The translations under genes and the position numbers were made by a program. Under the pieces are notes generated by a model. That model saw only the letters and a program-made list of their open reading frames with translations, ran no database searches and was not told the origin of the DNA. Below, piece by piece: positions 45,935-59,566 of a stretch of 64,000 nt of DNA. Source of the DNA: Eledone cirrhosa (Eukaryota); assembly GCA_964016885.1 (NCBI GenBank), contig OZ024740.1, positions 131,750,001 through 131,814,000 of the forward strand. Direction: 5' to 3'. The first letter of the stretch is position 1; every line of letters starts with the position of its first letter.

Positions 45935-46321
45935 ACATATAATATATATATATATATGTGCGTGTATATGTACGCATGTGTACGTGTGTGTGTATGTATA
46001 TATACAGGTGCGTGTATGTGTGTATGTGTGTGCATGTGTGCGAATATACGCGCGCGCGTGAGTGTGCATGTATGCGTAAACTGTGTGTGACTCTTTATGT
46101 GTGTGTGTGTGTGTGTGTGTATACTTCTACGTTTTCTCTGTACATGTATCCATGACCAGTGTATATTGATACACCTTTAGACTTAAGTGTATTCAAATAT
46201 ATGCATATATGTATTTGTATATATATGGATATATACATGGATATATGTCTATGTTTCTGTGAGTACATTTGTGAATGTAAGCACGCAAGCTACTCTGTAT
46301 GTATCTGTCCGTGACTCTGTG

Positions 46322-46359
<38 letters not shown>

Positions 46360-46791
46360 TAGGAGTGGGAGCTGGCAAAGAAAGCAGTAATTTTGCAGAC
46401 GGGATACTGGGTGAATGACAGTTCACGCCCTGGTGGTCAGTGGGCTGGTCCCATTTGTCAGAATTATGATAACATCACTAACCAGTGACCAATCGAAGGA
46501 CGTGAAAAGAGGATGAAGGTGGACGATATAGGCATAGGGTCAGAAACCCCAGAAAGAGGATCTGCTCCGAAATCAATAGACGTGTCAGAGGAAACTGTGA
46601 ACCCAGAGGCAGGTCGATCAACACACAGATCGCACCTCGAGCTGTTCGCCGGGGAAACAATTGTAATACGCAATAAATTGTGTTCCGATGCATCACTGAT
46701 TTTCCGTTTTCCATTCTAACTAACTCTGCTCCGTAGGAGCATAGAGTGCTCAACCGAGATACCGCCTATGGAAGCATCTTAGCTACCATTA

Positions 46792-46793
<2 letters not shown>
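44800..46793. mobile_element. fold-back element with about 350-bp inverted arms
   Basis: About 44800-45160 inverted vs about 46355-46716. Decayed HHR (CAGAGGA...GAAAC-AAUU-GUA/AUACG) at 46581-46670, followed by AATAAA. Confidence 0.75.
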
Positions 46794-46835
<42 letters not shown>

Positions 46836-46855
46836 CACACACACATATATATATA

Positions 46856-46894
<39 letters not shown>

Positions 46895-48783
46895 GAGAGG
46901 AGGAATTTTCAGTGGGGAGCTCACAAAGTGTTTGACTTCTATATAAAAAAAAACACCAATTTATCTTTAAAATATGAACGTATATATTCTTCGTAGGATC
47001 GATATCTTGCACATAAAATGAAATTTATCAGCTATTCACAGGTATAATTTTCATGTTCAGAAGGATGTTCTGATATTTTCTATATATCGCAAAAACCTTT
47101 TTCATGTCATGTATGTTATAATCGTAATGTATCATGAATTCCCGTTCGATATATATCCAAATCCACATCCAAGGACTTATCACTGTAATTGGAAGAGCTC
47201 CTCCTCAATCTACCTCAAGCTCTTCCTCTCCCTTACCACACAGGATCGTCGCTTTCACCTTGCATTTGGCTGCCATCAAATTCCTCACCATTGTGTTTTT
47301 CTTTCACTATGTCACTCTAATAGTTCAACTGGTGTTTCTGCGACGAGAGACCTGGTTGCTCGTCTATGTTTCACATTCTTGGTGGTCTCAATAATGCATG
47401 TGACTGCACGCGTGAGTGCCCCTCTAGACACACACATGTGCATTTATATGATTGTTTCTCTGTATGTACGTGTGTCTGTGTACGTACACATAATTATTGT
47501 CAACTTGTTTGAAGGAATGTGAACGATTCTAGTTATAAAATCATAGATTACTATTTTTGAAACGGAGATTATGTTTATCTTAATGTATTTTGGTCATTTG
47601 GATCATGTGAGTAATTTTTTTTTTTTTTTTTTTTCAATAGTCAAATATACTTGAATTATGAATAGTTTCGAAAAGAACTCGAAATATTTCATATAGCAGG
47701 GTACAGCTATTGCGCCTGTATTTTCGCTTATATATAGTCCGCCGTTTTATATTATTTTTTTCGGGTGATCTTTTTTGTATATTTTTATATGTTGGGAATT
47801 TAGTCCCTGGTATTCTCCTAAGTGATGATACGTTGGCGTTTTCTCCTGTGCCAATCGTACACATACACATTCATCCAAACTAGTTTTCCCCACCAAACAA
47901 TCAATGATATTAAACATAACTGCTTAACACCCATTTGCAATTTGATAGTTTTCGCCCAAGGTATATCACTGCCCAATAGGCGTCACTCTGAAGCTATTGA
48001 ATGCTATAAACGAAACTATATTTGAACAAAATGTGATAAATATTTCTTATTTTTACTGTTTAATTAATATGTCCATAGATTAGCCTCCATTGAGGAGGCT
48101 AATCTATGTTTCTTCATTGGTCAGGTGTATTTTATCCATTTGTTCGTATATTACATTACCTACCTTTAGTTCACACTACATATAACGTAACTTTGATATA
48201 ATTATTACTGTTTGGCTGGCACAATGACGTCGAAACTTTGAATTAATCAGTCACAATCAGTAACAAATATATATATGTATATATATATATATATATATAT
48301 ACGTGTGTGTGTGTGTGTGTACATGTGTGTATATATGTATATAAATATATATATCTATAAATATATATTTATATCTATATATATATATATATACATATAT
48401 ACATACATATATACACACATATATACACACATATATACACACATGTACAATTCCTTTCAACTAAACTGTATCCATTCAAATCTTTCTATATATATAAATA
48501 TAAATTTAGCGAGAATCGCATTTCGACGGGTAGAAATTAGCGAAACGCATCTTCCATATTGTGCAGACAAACGCTCCATGGATATGAAGAAGATACCGAG
48601 CTATAAACATAAATTAAAATGGTCATACACGCTGAGACGATTGTTAAGAAGCCATTAGCCATCATAGTAAAAAAAGCGAACAAGCTAAACGGGTCAAACA
48701 AAATGAGACTGATTGAAATAGTTACCTGGACCCTCGGGGAAGATGGAATATTCCGAAATTGGGTTTCTGCAACACCTAAATCA

Positions 48784-48895
48784 ATAATTGTTTCTACTTT
48801 CGGCACAAGGCCAGCAATTAACCCAGTGTATTACTGGTACTTTATTTTATAAACCCCGTAAGGATGAAAGGTAAAGTTAACCTCGGCGGGATTTG
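48784..48895 (-). mobile_element. truncated SINE copy
   Basis: Reverse complement of CAAATCCCGCCGAGGTTAACTTT..AAAGTACCAGTAAT..TTGTGCC. Confidence 0.82.
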
Positions 48896-49116
48896 ATACT
48901 GTCTGCTTATAAAAAATAACCTTTTGGTATAATGATCAAACAAGGCATCGCTTTCTCAACAGGTTTTGTTCTTCTTCCGCCAGAATCTCGCAGGTTATGA
49001 AAGCAGATGTGAGATTCTAAAGGCCGAAAACCCCTATTTAGGCCAGTGAATTCAGCATGTGTAGTTATTGCAAAAGAAAATATATATATATATATATATA
49101 TACATATGTGTGTATT

Positions 49117-49155
<39 letters not shown>

Positions 49156-49160
49156 GTGTG

Positions 49161-49212
<52 letters not shown>

Positions 49213-49216
<4 letters not shown>

Positions 49217-50432
49217 AAAGTTCTATTTAAATTGTTGGGATACAACAAGCATATATTATTATAACTAATATAAAGCACTCGACAAATATTTGGAGTAGAT
49301 ATACAATATTAATAAATGGAAACTATATTTATAAAACCATATTTATTTCATTATATATATTTCAAGGATACCAAGTTAAATCATGGTATGCCTTCATCAG
49401 ACAAAATACAGTATATAACAGTTTTACAAATAGATATTGACGTACCCTTTCAAAAAGGTGACAGTTGCTTTTGGAGGCCATTCGGATAGTGGTTTGTTTA
49501 CTTTAGTAAGTCATAGTGTTAAGAGTAAGTAAAAAGATGGAGAGAGAGAGAAACGTGGAGAGAAGAAAGGGAAAGATAGATAAAGAAAAATAAGAAAGCA
49601 AAAAGAAAAAAGAACAGAGGAAAAATAACGGGGAGATATCAAAACATCAGACAGCGAAAGAACTCAAGAGAGAGCTATGCAGAGATAGAGAGAGGGGGGA
49701 GAGAACGAAAACCTTAAGTTATGTCATATTAAGTTGAGTTAACAATTGAGATGAAATGAATAAATAAAATTAGAAATATTAATATTCGTGAATGGAATAT
49801 AGATATATAATATGAGAAATTACACATTGTTTAATTATGATTATATATTTAGTTTAAACATTGAGATCAATATATTAAAAAATTGGAATTTAAACATTAT
49901 AAAATATATACATTGCTAGAGAGATTATCTATCGTATATCACATATACATAGACAAAGGTACATAAATATATATATATATACTCACTCACTCAGAAAATA
50001 CACATTATATCTACTCCCGCACACAATGTATACGTACAAAGCATAAGTGATTTTTTATGTATTGCTATACACTCCTTGTGTTATTAATTAAACACATTTA
50101 GTATATATATATAAATATATAGGATTAACTTTTCTGCATTTATGGCTGTTAAATTATGTATATCTGCAATCAAAAGCTGCACGTGCAAGCCTGTACATTC
50201 ACAACCATAATTCTTAGCTATACATGAATAGATATGTGTGTGCATCTTCAATTGGTATACACGCGTCACTCATGCATATATACAGACAGACATATAATCA
50301 CAAAAAAATATCTATTTGTAAAACTGTTATATATTGTATTTTGTCTGATGAAGGCATACCATGATTTAACTTGGCATCCTTGAAATATATATAATGAAAT
50401 AAATATGGTTTTATAAATATAGTTTCCATTTA

Positions 50433-50440
<8 letters not shown>
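49213..50440. mobile_element. fold-back pLTR element with two intact HHRs
   Basis: Arms about 49305-49438 and 50307-50440. HHRs at 49344-49408 (-) and 50337-50401 (+). Confidence 0.88.
50337..50401 (+). ncRNA. minimal type I hammerhead ribozyme
   Basis: UAUUUUGU-CUGAUGA-AGGCAUACCA...UGGCAUCCUU-GAAAU-AUAU-AUA/AUGAAAUA. 8-bp stem I with two G-U pairs. Confidence 0.82.
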
Positions 50441-50506
<66 letters not shown>

Positions 50507-51894
50507 AGATAGATATGCATATGTGTGTATGTGTGTGTATATATATATATGTGCGTGTGTGTGTGTGTGTGCGTGTGTGTGTGTGTGTTGTATGTGTGCG
50601 TATCTGTGTGTCCCTTTTCTTTTTCTTTCACATAACCAAAATATATTATCGGTTTATTTTGTCTGTGATATATACTAAAATAATTTTGCATTAATTCGAT
50701 GTTTCTATTTAAAATGTTTCCCAGCATGCTGCACATTTATGCAGTCTATTTCGTTGTTTTGAATCCACACACATTCCTTACATGTTGATTCCATTTCTAT
50801 CTTATTAATATGAATAAAAAAGCTCTTGTCAATATTTTCAAGTAAAACATGTTTCATTCCAGGAATTTGTTTGTTTGTGTAAATAAATAAACCCAGTGTT
50901 TTCTACGAACAATTTCATTAGGTTAGATATTGCAATGAAGATATATAAAAGTCCCTTCACCAAAATTCTGTATCCATGGCTATGTGTCGTTTAACAACGA
51001 TTCCTTTCCTTCGGTCAATTAGATTCTATTTAAAACATCGATGAAACCTCCAGTGTATTTACAGAAGCTAACTGGAAATATCATAGAAACCGATCTTTAT
51101 ATTATGGCAGCATTAGACAAAATGCTGACAAAAATGTATCAAGTCACAAGCTGGGACAGTCTATAGGAGCATCACATTCAAATGATCGTCTAGACATTGC
51201 ATGGAGGTACAAATCATTACTGCGAAATTTTACTGCATTCGTGTTACATTTAGATGTAATTTAATTGCCATTCATTTGTACGATTCAGATTTTGTAAACT
51301 AAAACGTTGAAAGTAGTGTCACGTTGGGTTGAACAGTTTACGTGTGTCTGTGAGTGTGCATATGTGTGTGTATCTGTGTGTGTATGCGTCTGGGGCGTCT
51401 GTAAGTGTGTATGTCTAATACGATCGTGTTTATATATATTGCAATAAGAAACATTGTATTTGTCCAAGATGTAGACATTATCTAATTCCTGTAGTTTGAC
51501 CAGAACACATTAAACATATGGATTATATCTAAAATAATCTATATATAAATCTGTTGTATTAATGTAAAAATATAATAAAATATACATATTGCTCGTCATC
51601 TTCGGTTTCTTAAAACATAATAGTAATACTTGTTGAATATAGACATACATATATCTACCAAATAATGTGTGAGTAGAAATAGTAAAAGTCTAAATTATTT
51701 CTAGATTAATACTTCGACAATAGACGAAACAGAAAAAAATGAAAGCTTCCACTAGTGCCAGCATATGCATATGAACAGACAAACTATCCAATGCATACGA
51801 TAAGAGCAATGAACAAAAATGATCTCTGGGGAGAAATGCCCCCGAGGCATTTAAATAAGAATGGAAATAAAGCTTAAATTCTAGAAAACAAATC

Positions 51895-52095
51895 TCTCAC
51901 TCTGTGTGACGATTATTTGTCTGAAAATTAAAATTATATGAGTTCTATCTCCGAATTGAGAGATCACAGCTGCGATACGATGGGCATATGGTTAGAATTT
52001 CACCGAAAAGGATGGTTGGATAACATCATTGAGCATGGCTGGTCCCGATTGTGGATTATGCCCCCACGACCCTCGCAGTAGTATGTGGGCGAAAC
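51895..52095 (+). mobile_element. 3' remnant of an RTE/Rex3-like LINE
   Basis: LRIERSQLRYDGHMVR, then frameshifted RKGWLDNIIEHGWSRLWI, resembling the RTE C-terminal LRIERSQLRWxGH..RWxD motifs. Confidence 0.55.
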
Positions 52096-53045
52096 AGAAA
52101 AGGAGTTCTCTCTGCACCGAAAGAAATATATCTGGAAACGTGTACCTGAAGACTTTCTCTATTATTGCATAAACAATTCCCTTCAACTATGATTTAACTA
52201 TATTACAGGAATAATTGCTTAGTGGGATTATCGCCAGAAAAACGTATAAATGTGGATTTTGATATCAAATTTATCTGAGACAAAGACTTGATTCATTAAC
52301 ATCAAACCGAAAATACACAAAAGAAGTTATCTTCAGCTCTACAACATTGCCAACACTTTAATTTGAATGCTAAGGGGGCTAAACTGCCACACACGTTTCA
52401 GACTATCCGCTAGGTTATGAGAATGAATAAATTTCAGAAACAGTCTGATAGATTTTATTGTGGTGCAACATAATTAAGATCATTATCGACAGCACCGTCA
52501 ATATGTTTCATTTATTGAATATATATATATATATAATATGGGTGTGTGCACACGCATGTGATATTCGGTGTGTTTGTTGGAATGTAAACATAAATATCCA
52601 TTTTGTGTGATGAAGACTCACTGTCCGGCTCACTATGTGTGTATGAAAAGAATCATGTATAGTGGTGCTTTATTGTTATTGGGGATTATAAAATGTATTG
52701 AAAAGCAGCTTATTGATTGGGAGCGAAGTTATGATAAAGTAGAAACGATTGAAACCATATTTTATTGAAATTCTGTGTTCCAATAAAAAAAAAACATCAA
52801 TGTATACACACAGAAGTACGTAAACATACACATGTGAAAACATGTTTATGAATATGCATTTATATCCATATATCTTCATACATATACACTTAGACACATA
52901 CCTATCTTCCACTCTCCATCTCTCTCTGTCTCTCTCTCTCTCCTCTCACACATATATATATATATATATATATAAATATGTATATATATATATACACACA
53001 CGCATACACAGGCACACACGCATACACATACACCCCCCCACACAC

Positions 53046-53086
<41 letters not shown>

Positions 53087-54191
53087 CACGTATCCAACCT
53101 TAGAGAGGGAAATAATCTAAAGTAATACATAGAAAGAACCATGACAATAAATAGATTTATATATTTATATATCGTTACTTTTATTTGCGCATGGTGTTAT
53201 AGACACATATGTAGGCAAATGTGTTTTTAGACCTTGACAGGGAAAATGGAAAATTATGATAAATGAAGGAAAAAATCAAAATTGGAAAAATGTCGGAAAT
53301 ATTTTTCAAAATATTTACATATGTATTTCACTTAGAGATTGCGAACCTATACTTGCTCATCATATGTATATGGAGCTTTATGAGTTTCAGCGGTGGGTAA
53401 CGTAAACGATTTATATCCTAATACAATTCAATCTGATGTTAGCAGAAAAGAAATTGACTTGTATGTACATTAATACGTGATCACTCCATCCAATATATTT
53501 GAAAACACATATAAACAGTGTACCGTCAAGTTTTCTGGTAAAGAACTCTATAAGTTGTAAGAATAGAGTAGATCATTTTAAATGTACATTAGAAATACAT
53601 TTGTTTAAATTCATATCAAATGCTCGTCATTCAGGGCATTGACCATGTTTAGTCGAAGAGAGGACCTGTATACTTGAACACACTTTGCAAGGCATGGTTG
53701 TAGAATGGAAGAATCATATCAGTGAAAATGGAGATCTACACGTAGAATCTATGCTTTGGAAAATTCCATGGTTGCGCTACATTCTTTGAGCGTTTTTTTA
53801 TCTCTTTGTGGAAGCAATTAAATTTCGCTATACTTTAAAATTACAAAGGCATTTGAAATATCTGATCGAAACATATATAAGTGTGTAAGTTATGTGAATA
53901 CGTGCGTACTTGTATGCGGTTCAAAATATATATAACGTCCGAGCTATTTAATTATGTATCAACATATAACGATGTATTCATACGAAAAAAGCTGAACACC
54001 CGTCATTAATGCTTTTATCAATAGATAAGAATATCTGCAACTGATTAAGAAGACATTTTGAAATATATTAATTTCAATATATTCCCACTGAGTCGATGTT
54101 CTAGTATTTTCCATGGTGATTTATTGCATTTAAGAAAATGCGAGATACGAATAATATTAATCGTACATGTATTTCAAGACGCACACACACA

Positions 54192-54221
<30 letters not shown>

Positions 54222-54228
<7 letters not shown>

Positions 54229-54526
54229 ATACTGTGGGAGGGTCATGGTGCCAATAAGAAACACACGCACCAGTTGCTTTCACTTCAATTTATTATAATA
54301 AATTTATAATAAATTTATAAATTTATAAATTTCTGGTTGTGGAACCAACCAACCAACCAGAAATTTATAAATTTATAAATTTATTATAAATTTATTATAA
54401 TAAATTGAAGTGAAAGCAACTGGTGCGTGTGTTCCTTATTGGCAACATGACCCTCCCAAAGTAGAACAATATCGGTTTCAACACACGATTTCAGATAAAG
54501 AATCTTGCTAAACAAATTCAGAAACG

Positions 54527-54528
<2 letters not shown>
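54222..54528. mobile_element. minimal fold-back of the 3137-6403 PLE terminus
   Basis: Arms 54222-54337 and 54355-54470 plus a tail of about 58 bp. (TA)n both sides. Confidence 0.9.
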
Positions 54529-54599
<71 letters not shown>

Positions 54600-55018
54600 C
54601 ATATATATGTGTGGGCATATGTGTGTGTGTATTTCTGTGAGAAACATTAGAAGGGATGAAGAAGATTATTTTCAATTACATGTGTCCTCCTAAAACTCTA
54701 CTCAACAGAGAGTCCACACGCCACACATACACACACACACACACACATATATATATATGTATATGTAAGTATGTTTTGAAAATGTGAGCGAGTTTGAAAT
54801 TGGAAATATAAGGTTTCACCGTAATTTTTGACTAAAGAAATGTTTTGCCTGATAGTGGGGTTTAGAACCCTCAGAGAAATGGAAAAAAGATGAGTATTGA
54901 CGTACATGGGAGTCGAACCTATATCTTTGGTTATCTGAATGGAAGGAGATGGGTTATGCTTTGGTATAATGATAGTACAGTGGTCTGGATAACCAAAGAT
55001 GTGGGTTTGACTCCCATG

Positions 55019-55902
55019 CAACTGCTCTGTATAATCATTTCCTCATTATTACTAGAATTCTATAATAATCAAACATTCCTGATTTTCAGGAAACAGGTGG
55101 AGTACTTAGCTTTGATAAGTACCAAAGAGTATGACACAGAGCTCTGTCTGCTCTATCTCCCCTGTTCGCTGAAAATTTAAAGTAAGTGAGACTGTCACTA
55201 CTCTAAAACAATAGCGTAACGTCTTCGAAATGCTTTTAATTAAGCATACAGTGTAATGCAAAATGCACTATATATATATATATCGCTATTTTAAAGCACC
55301 AATTCTAATTTTCAATTTCTGCTTGACCGGCAATCGCTCTGTATAATCAGTTCCTGATTATTAATAGAATTCTATAAGAATCAAACATTCATGGTTTTCA
55401 GCAAACGGGTGGAGTACTTAGCTTTGATAAGTAGCAACAAGTACGAAACAGAGCTCTGTCAGCGTGATCTCCCCTGTTTGCTGAAAATATAAAGTAAGTG
55501 AGACTGTCACTACTCTAAAACAATAGCGTAAGATCTTCGAAATGTGTTTAATTAAGCATAGAGTATATTGCAAAATACAATATATATACATTCATATATA
55601 TATATCGCTATTTCAGAGCACCAATTATAATTTTCAATTTCTGCTCGACCGCCAACTGCTATGTATAATCAGTTCCTGATTATACTAGAATTCTATAAGA
55701 ATCAAACATTCATGATTTTCAGCAAACAGGTGGAGTACTTAGCTTCGATATGTACCAAAACGTACGAAACAGAACTCTGTCATCTTTATCTCCCCAGTTT
55801 GCTGAACATTTAAAGTAAGGGAGACTGTCACTACTCTAAAACAATAGCGTAAGTTCTTCGAAATTCTTTTAATTAAGCATACAGTGTATTGCAAAACACA
55901 CC
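55019..55902 (+). repeat. tandem repeat of 312-322 bp (about 2.8 units), one hammerhead fold per unit (retrozyme-like)
   Basis: Units start at 55019, 55331 and 55653. HHR folds at 55108-55152, 55420-55464 and 55741-55785. Confidence 0.9.
55420..55464 (+). ncRNA. type I hammerhead, U3-A8 core, GUC site
   Basis: GCU-UUGAUAA-GUAG(CAACAA)GUAC-GAAA-CAGAGCUCUG-UC/AGC, nested in an outer stem of about 19 bp. Confidence 0.7.
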
Positions 55903-55991
55903 ATATATACATATCAACTGGGCATATCAGAGTATTGACAGTATTATACACCTAAACAACATATGTACTTTTCTACGCCATACTCAATCAA

Positions 55992-56046
55992 ACTGCCTGA
56001 AGAGGTCACAGCCAAAGATGGCTGTCACTGAAATATATATAGCAGT
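55992..56046 (+). ncRNA. minimal type I hammerhead in a solo pLTR (55912-56086)
   Basis: ACUGC-CUGAAGA-GGUCACAGCCA(AAGA)UGGCUGUCACU-GAAAU-AUAU-AUA/GCAGU. All core residues canonical. Confidence 0.88.
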
Positions 56047-56080
56047 AATAAACGAAGCTAAATTTTAATCATTTGACTTT

Positions 56081-56144
<64 letters not shown>

Positions 56145-56728
56145 CTGTGTGTGTTTGTATTTTTAATATAGAAATGGCATCTAGAGGACGACAGTTATTT
56201 CATTTGAAGCTAATTATCAGGAAAGATGATTTTCTTCGAATGAAACAGTTCAAGTCCTTTTGGAAGCAATTTCTATATTAAATGTTTATACTGCGATATT
56301 TTTGTTTAGTACCTTACTTACTGTGGTTACCCGCAATTGGACCCAGGGTACACACAAGCATATTGGAGCGTGTATGAGCATAGTATGATATGATATAGTT
56401 TACTGGCCAAGATTGATGGGAAGACAGGATGAGTGAAGCATTTAACGAAATGTTTTGTGGTTATTTCCCGCTTTCTTTTTTTCTTTCACAATTCCCCAAT
56501 ATTAATCTTTCGACACAATAGAAACCCTCATTAATACCCACACATATCACACACACATACATCAAAAATGACGTATGTAACATTATTAAGAACGGTTAAA
56601 AGATTTGCTATCTTCAACTAAGTGAATACAATTGGATCTTGATCTGTCCAACTCCACTTCTATAGTATACTCACCACTGCAGCATCATAGAGAACATATT
56701 CATAATATATATATATATATATATATAT

Positions 56729-57190
56729 GGAAAGTTATATTTAAATTGTTGGGTTACAACTAGTAAATATTTATAACTGATATAAAAGCACTCGACAAAT
56801 ATTTAGAGTATATTTACAATATTAAATAAATGGAAACTATATTTATAAAACCATATTTATTTCATTATATATATTTCAGGGATATCATATTAACAATATG
56901 CTATGCCTTCCTCAGACAAAATACAATATAAACAGTTTTATAGATAAATAGATTCGACATACCGTAACAACATCGACTTGTATTTGAAAAGGTTCATTTG
57001 GTACTACTACCAAATCAACCTTTTCAAATACAAGTCGATGTTGTTTCGGTATGTCGAATCTATTTATCTATAAAACTGTTTATATTGTATTTTGTCTGAG
57101 GAAGGCATAGCATATTGTTAATATGATATCCCTGAAATATATATAATGAAATAAATATGGTTTTATAAATATAGTTTCCATTTATTTAAT

Positions 57191-57196
<6 letters not shown>
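56729..57196. mobile_element. near-perfect palindromic pLTR pair
   Basis: Arms of about 188 bp around a 4-nt loop at 57004-57007, with about 2 mismatches seen. HHRs (CUGAGGA core) at 56858-56923 (-) and 57088-57153 (+). Confidence 0.92.
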
Positions 57197-57221
<25 letters not shown>

Positions 57222-58061
57222 ACGTTAAACTTTGATGTAATTCAATTCAAACAGCTAAGTACCTTTTCCAGATATGAGTGACGGAAAATATTTAGATTAA
57301 GAGCTGTGGAGGGGAATTAGGGCTAACAAGGAAACGAGTGAAGATTTCAAAATTATCAGCTTTATCCGTTCCCTTGTCGTGTTAGCTTTAATTTCTTTGA
57401 GAGCGTAAACTGATTATGTAATGAAGCTCTCTGGTGAGTTCATGTCACTTGTTGCGTGCAAACATGTGACTACTCTCCTTATTGAAATATGTATCACGGG
57501 CTTATCAATACACCAAATTTGAACAGAAAAATTGAAAGGAATGACAACACCAACCATATAAAAACACACAATACTGACCCAAGGTATATATAAATAAATA
57601 AATATACACAGGAACAATAACAACCACACTTAAACACACACTAGTGAACAAAGAGAGAATACACTCATACATAGACTCAGGCATCAAACAAAAAACACAC
57701 GCAAACGCATGCACAAACAGAGGCAGAGACAACAATAAATAAATAAATAAATAAAAATGGCATAGACATTACAATACAACGGGCGGAAACATAATAGTAC
57801 CACTGATTATGTCACAGGTGTGTGACGAAAGTACTTTGATAGACTATGTATATATATATATATATAACGAAGCAGTTGTGGTAAGGAACCAGGTATACCG
57901 TAACGCACCAGAGTTATCAATACTTAGGTTAGTAGAGTGGGTAATAGGAAAATGTATGACCCCGACGGCAGAGCTCAAGCCGTTTCAACGGTTATTTCTG
58001 GAGTCCAGAAAAAGCCGTCGAAACAGTTTGAGCTCTGCCGCCGGGGTCATACATTTTCCTT

Positions 58062-58124
<63 letters not shown>

Positions 58125-58202
58125 GTTATTCCGGGTTGAGTCGGAGGTAACAACAGTAAGGTATTCAATACATTGCAGAGTATAAAAGTTTTAATATAGA
58201 TG

Positions 58203-58253
58203 AGATTCTACAGGACTAGAACTGTTTCATTCATTAGAAATCATCAGGAATCT
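58203..58253 (-). ncRNA. type I hammerhead with 4-bp stem III (pLTR about 58125-58680)
   Basis: AGAUUC-CUGAUGA-U-UUC(UAAU)GAA-U-GAAA-CAG(UUCUAGUC)CUG-UA/GAAUCU. Confidence 0.85.
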
Positions 58254-58732
58254 GGGTATCAAACAATAAGTATGGTATTTATAGGTCTCTTCAGGTGGTA
58301 GGAGAGGGTAGGGAGTGGGATGGGTGTAGGTCATTGGTTGATACAAAAGGGAATTCTTTAAAAGCTAATTCTTCAAAGCTATAGTTTATTTTTAGAGTAA
58401 CAAAGGCAGAAATAATTCTATAGATAAGTTCAGGATGGGGTGCCACTCCTTATTATTAAGTTTCTCTTAAGCTTACAGGTGTCTATAAGATCATTCGGGG
58501 TCAGTCATGGTTGATGTATTTAAGGAAAAGGGAGATTCTTTAAAAGCTAAATTATTTAAGGTTCTACTAAGTGACAAAGGCCTAGAGAATTCTGTAGACC
58601 AATTCAAAATATTGAGTGCATATCATACGATTATCCTCAAATTACTCTTAAACTATTCAACTATATACCAAAAATCAACAGACACATTCACAAACACACT
58701 CACTCACACACTCGCGCGCACCCACATACACC

Positions 58733-58766
<34 letters not shown>

Positions 58767-58900
58767 GTAGATAAATCTACCAAGAGTTTACGGTAGTGTC
58801 CAATCCGTATGAAGAACTCAATGTATTCTGGATATCATGGAAAGAAGAGATGTAATGAAAAACCACTTTCGGTGAAAGATAAACGGTATACAGAGTCAAG

Positions 58901-59308
58901 ATAAAATATTAAACAAATAATGAATAAAACAATTCCTTATATTAAACAAAAAAAGTTCATTATTTAACGATCGTTTCTAGGGTATATATGTGTTATAATT
59001 GGTATGCATATTCAACAGATCTATGTACAAAATTATACAAAATTATACAAATTATCAAGATTAAATATACATACCTAACACATATATACGCCGTCTTCAG
59101 AAATAATTATTTCTGAAGACGGCGTATATATGTGTTAGGTATGTATATTTAATCTTGATAATTTGTATAATTTTGTATAATTTTGTACATAGATCTGTTG
59201 AATATGCATACCAATTATAACACATATATACCCTAGAAACGATCGTTAAATAATGAACTTTTTTTGTTTAATATAAGGAATTGTTTTATTCATTATTTGT
59301 TTAATATT

Positions 59309-59312
<4 letters not shown>
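58901..59312. repeat. perfect 412-bp palindrome (pLTR pair, element about 58765-59312)
   Basis: Zero-spacer centre AAATAA|TTATTT at 59106/59107. Arms appear identical by eye. Confidence 0.93.
59106..59254 (+). ncRNA. type I hammerhead with long stem II insert (mirror copy 58959-59107 on -)
   Basis: AUUAUUU-CUGAAGA-CGGCGUAUAUAUGUGUUA...UAACACAUAUAUACCCUA-GAAAC-GAUC-GUU/AAAUAAU. Confidence 0.78.
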
Positions 59313-59343
<31 letters not shown>

Positions 59344-59396
59344 TACATATACACATATATATACATATACACACAGATATATATATACACACATAC

Positions 59397-59469
<73 letters not shown>

Positions 59470-59512
59470 TATACACACACATATACGTACACATATACAC
59501 ACATACATATAC

Positions 59513-59566
<54 letters not shown>

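Noticed and set aside
44686-46753. Duplicated protein-looking ORFs (MKVDNIGIGSETPERG... and MKVDDIGIGSETPERG...)
   Set aside because: They are the two arms of an inverted repeat. Differences are mostly non-synonymous in every open frame, and the segment carries a decayed HHR plus AATAAA like other pLTRs.
48075-48108. Short perfect hairpin CATAGATTAGCCTCC/GGAGGCTAATCTATG (a similar one at about 61427-61496)
   Set aside because: Isolated small inverted duplications with no further evidence of function. Not bacterial terminators in this context.
51065-51206. Possible plus-strand exon (AG...GT, one open frame)
   Set aside because: Weak splice signals, no partner exon and no recognisable product.
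55019-55902. Regularly spaced repeats as a CRISPR array
   Set aside because: Whole units repeat with no unique spacers, there are no cas genes, and the context is eukaryotic.
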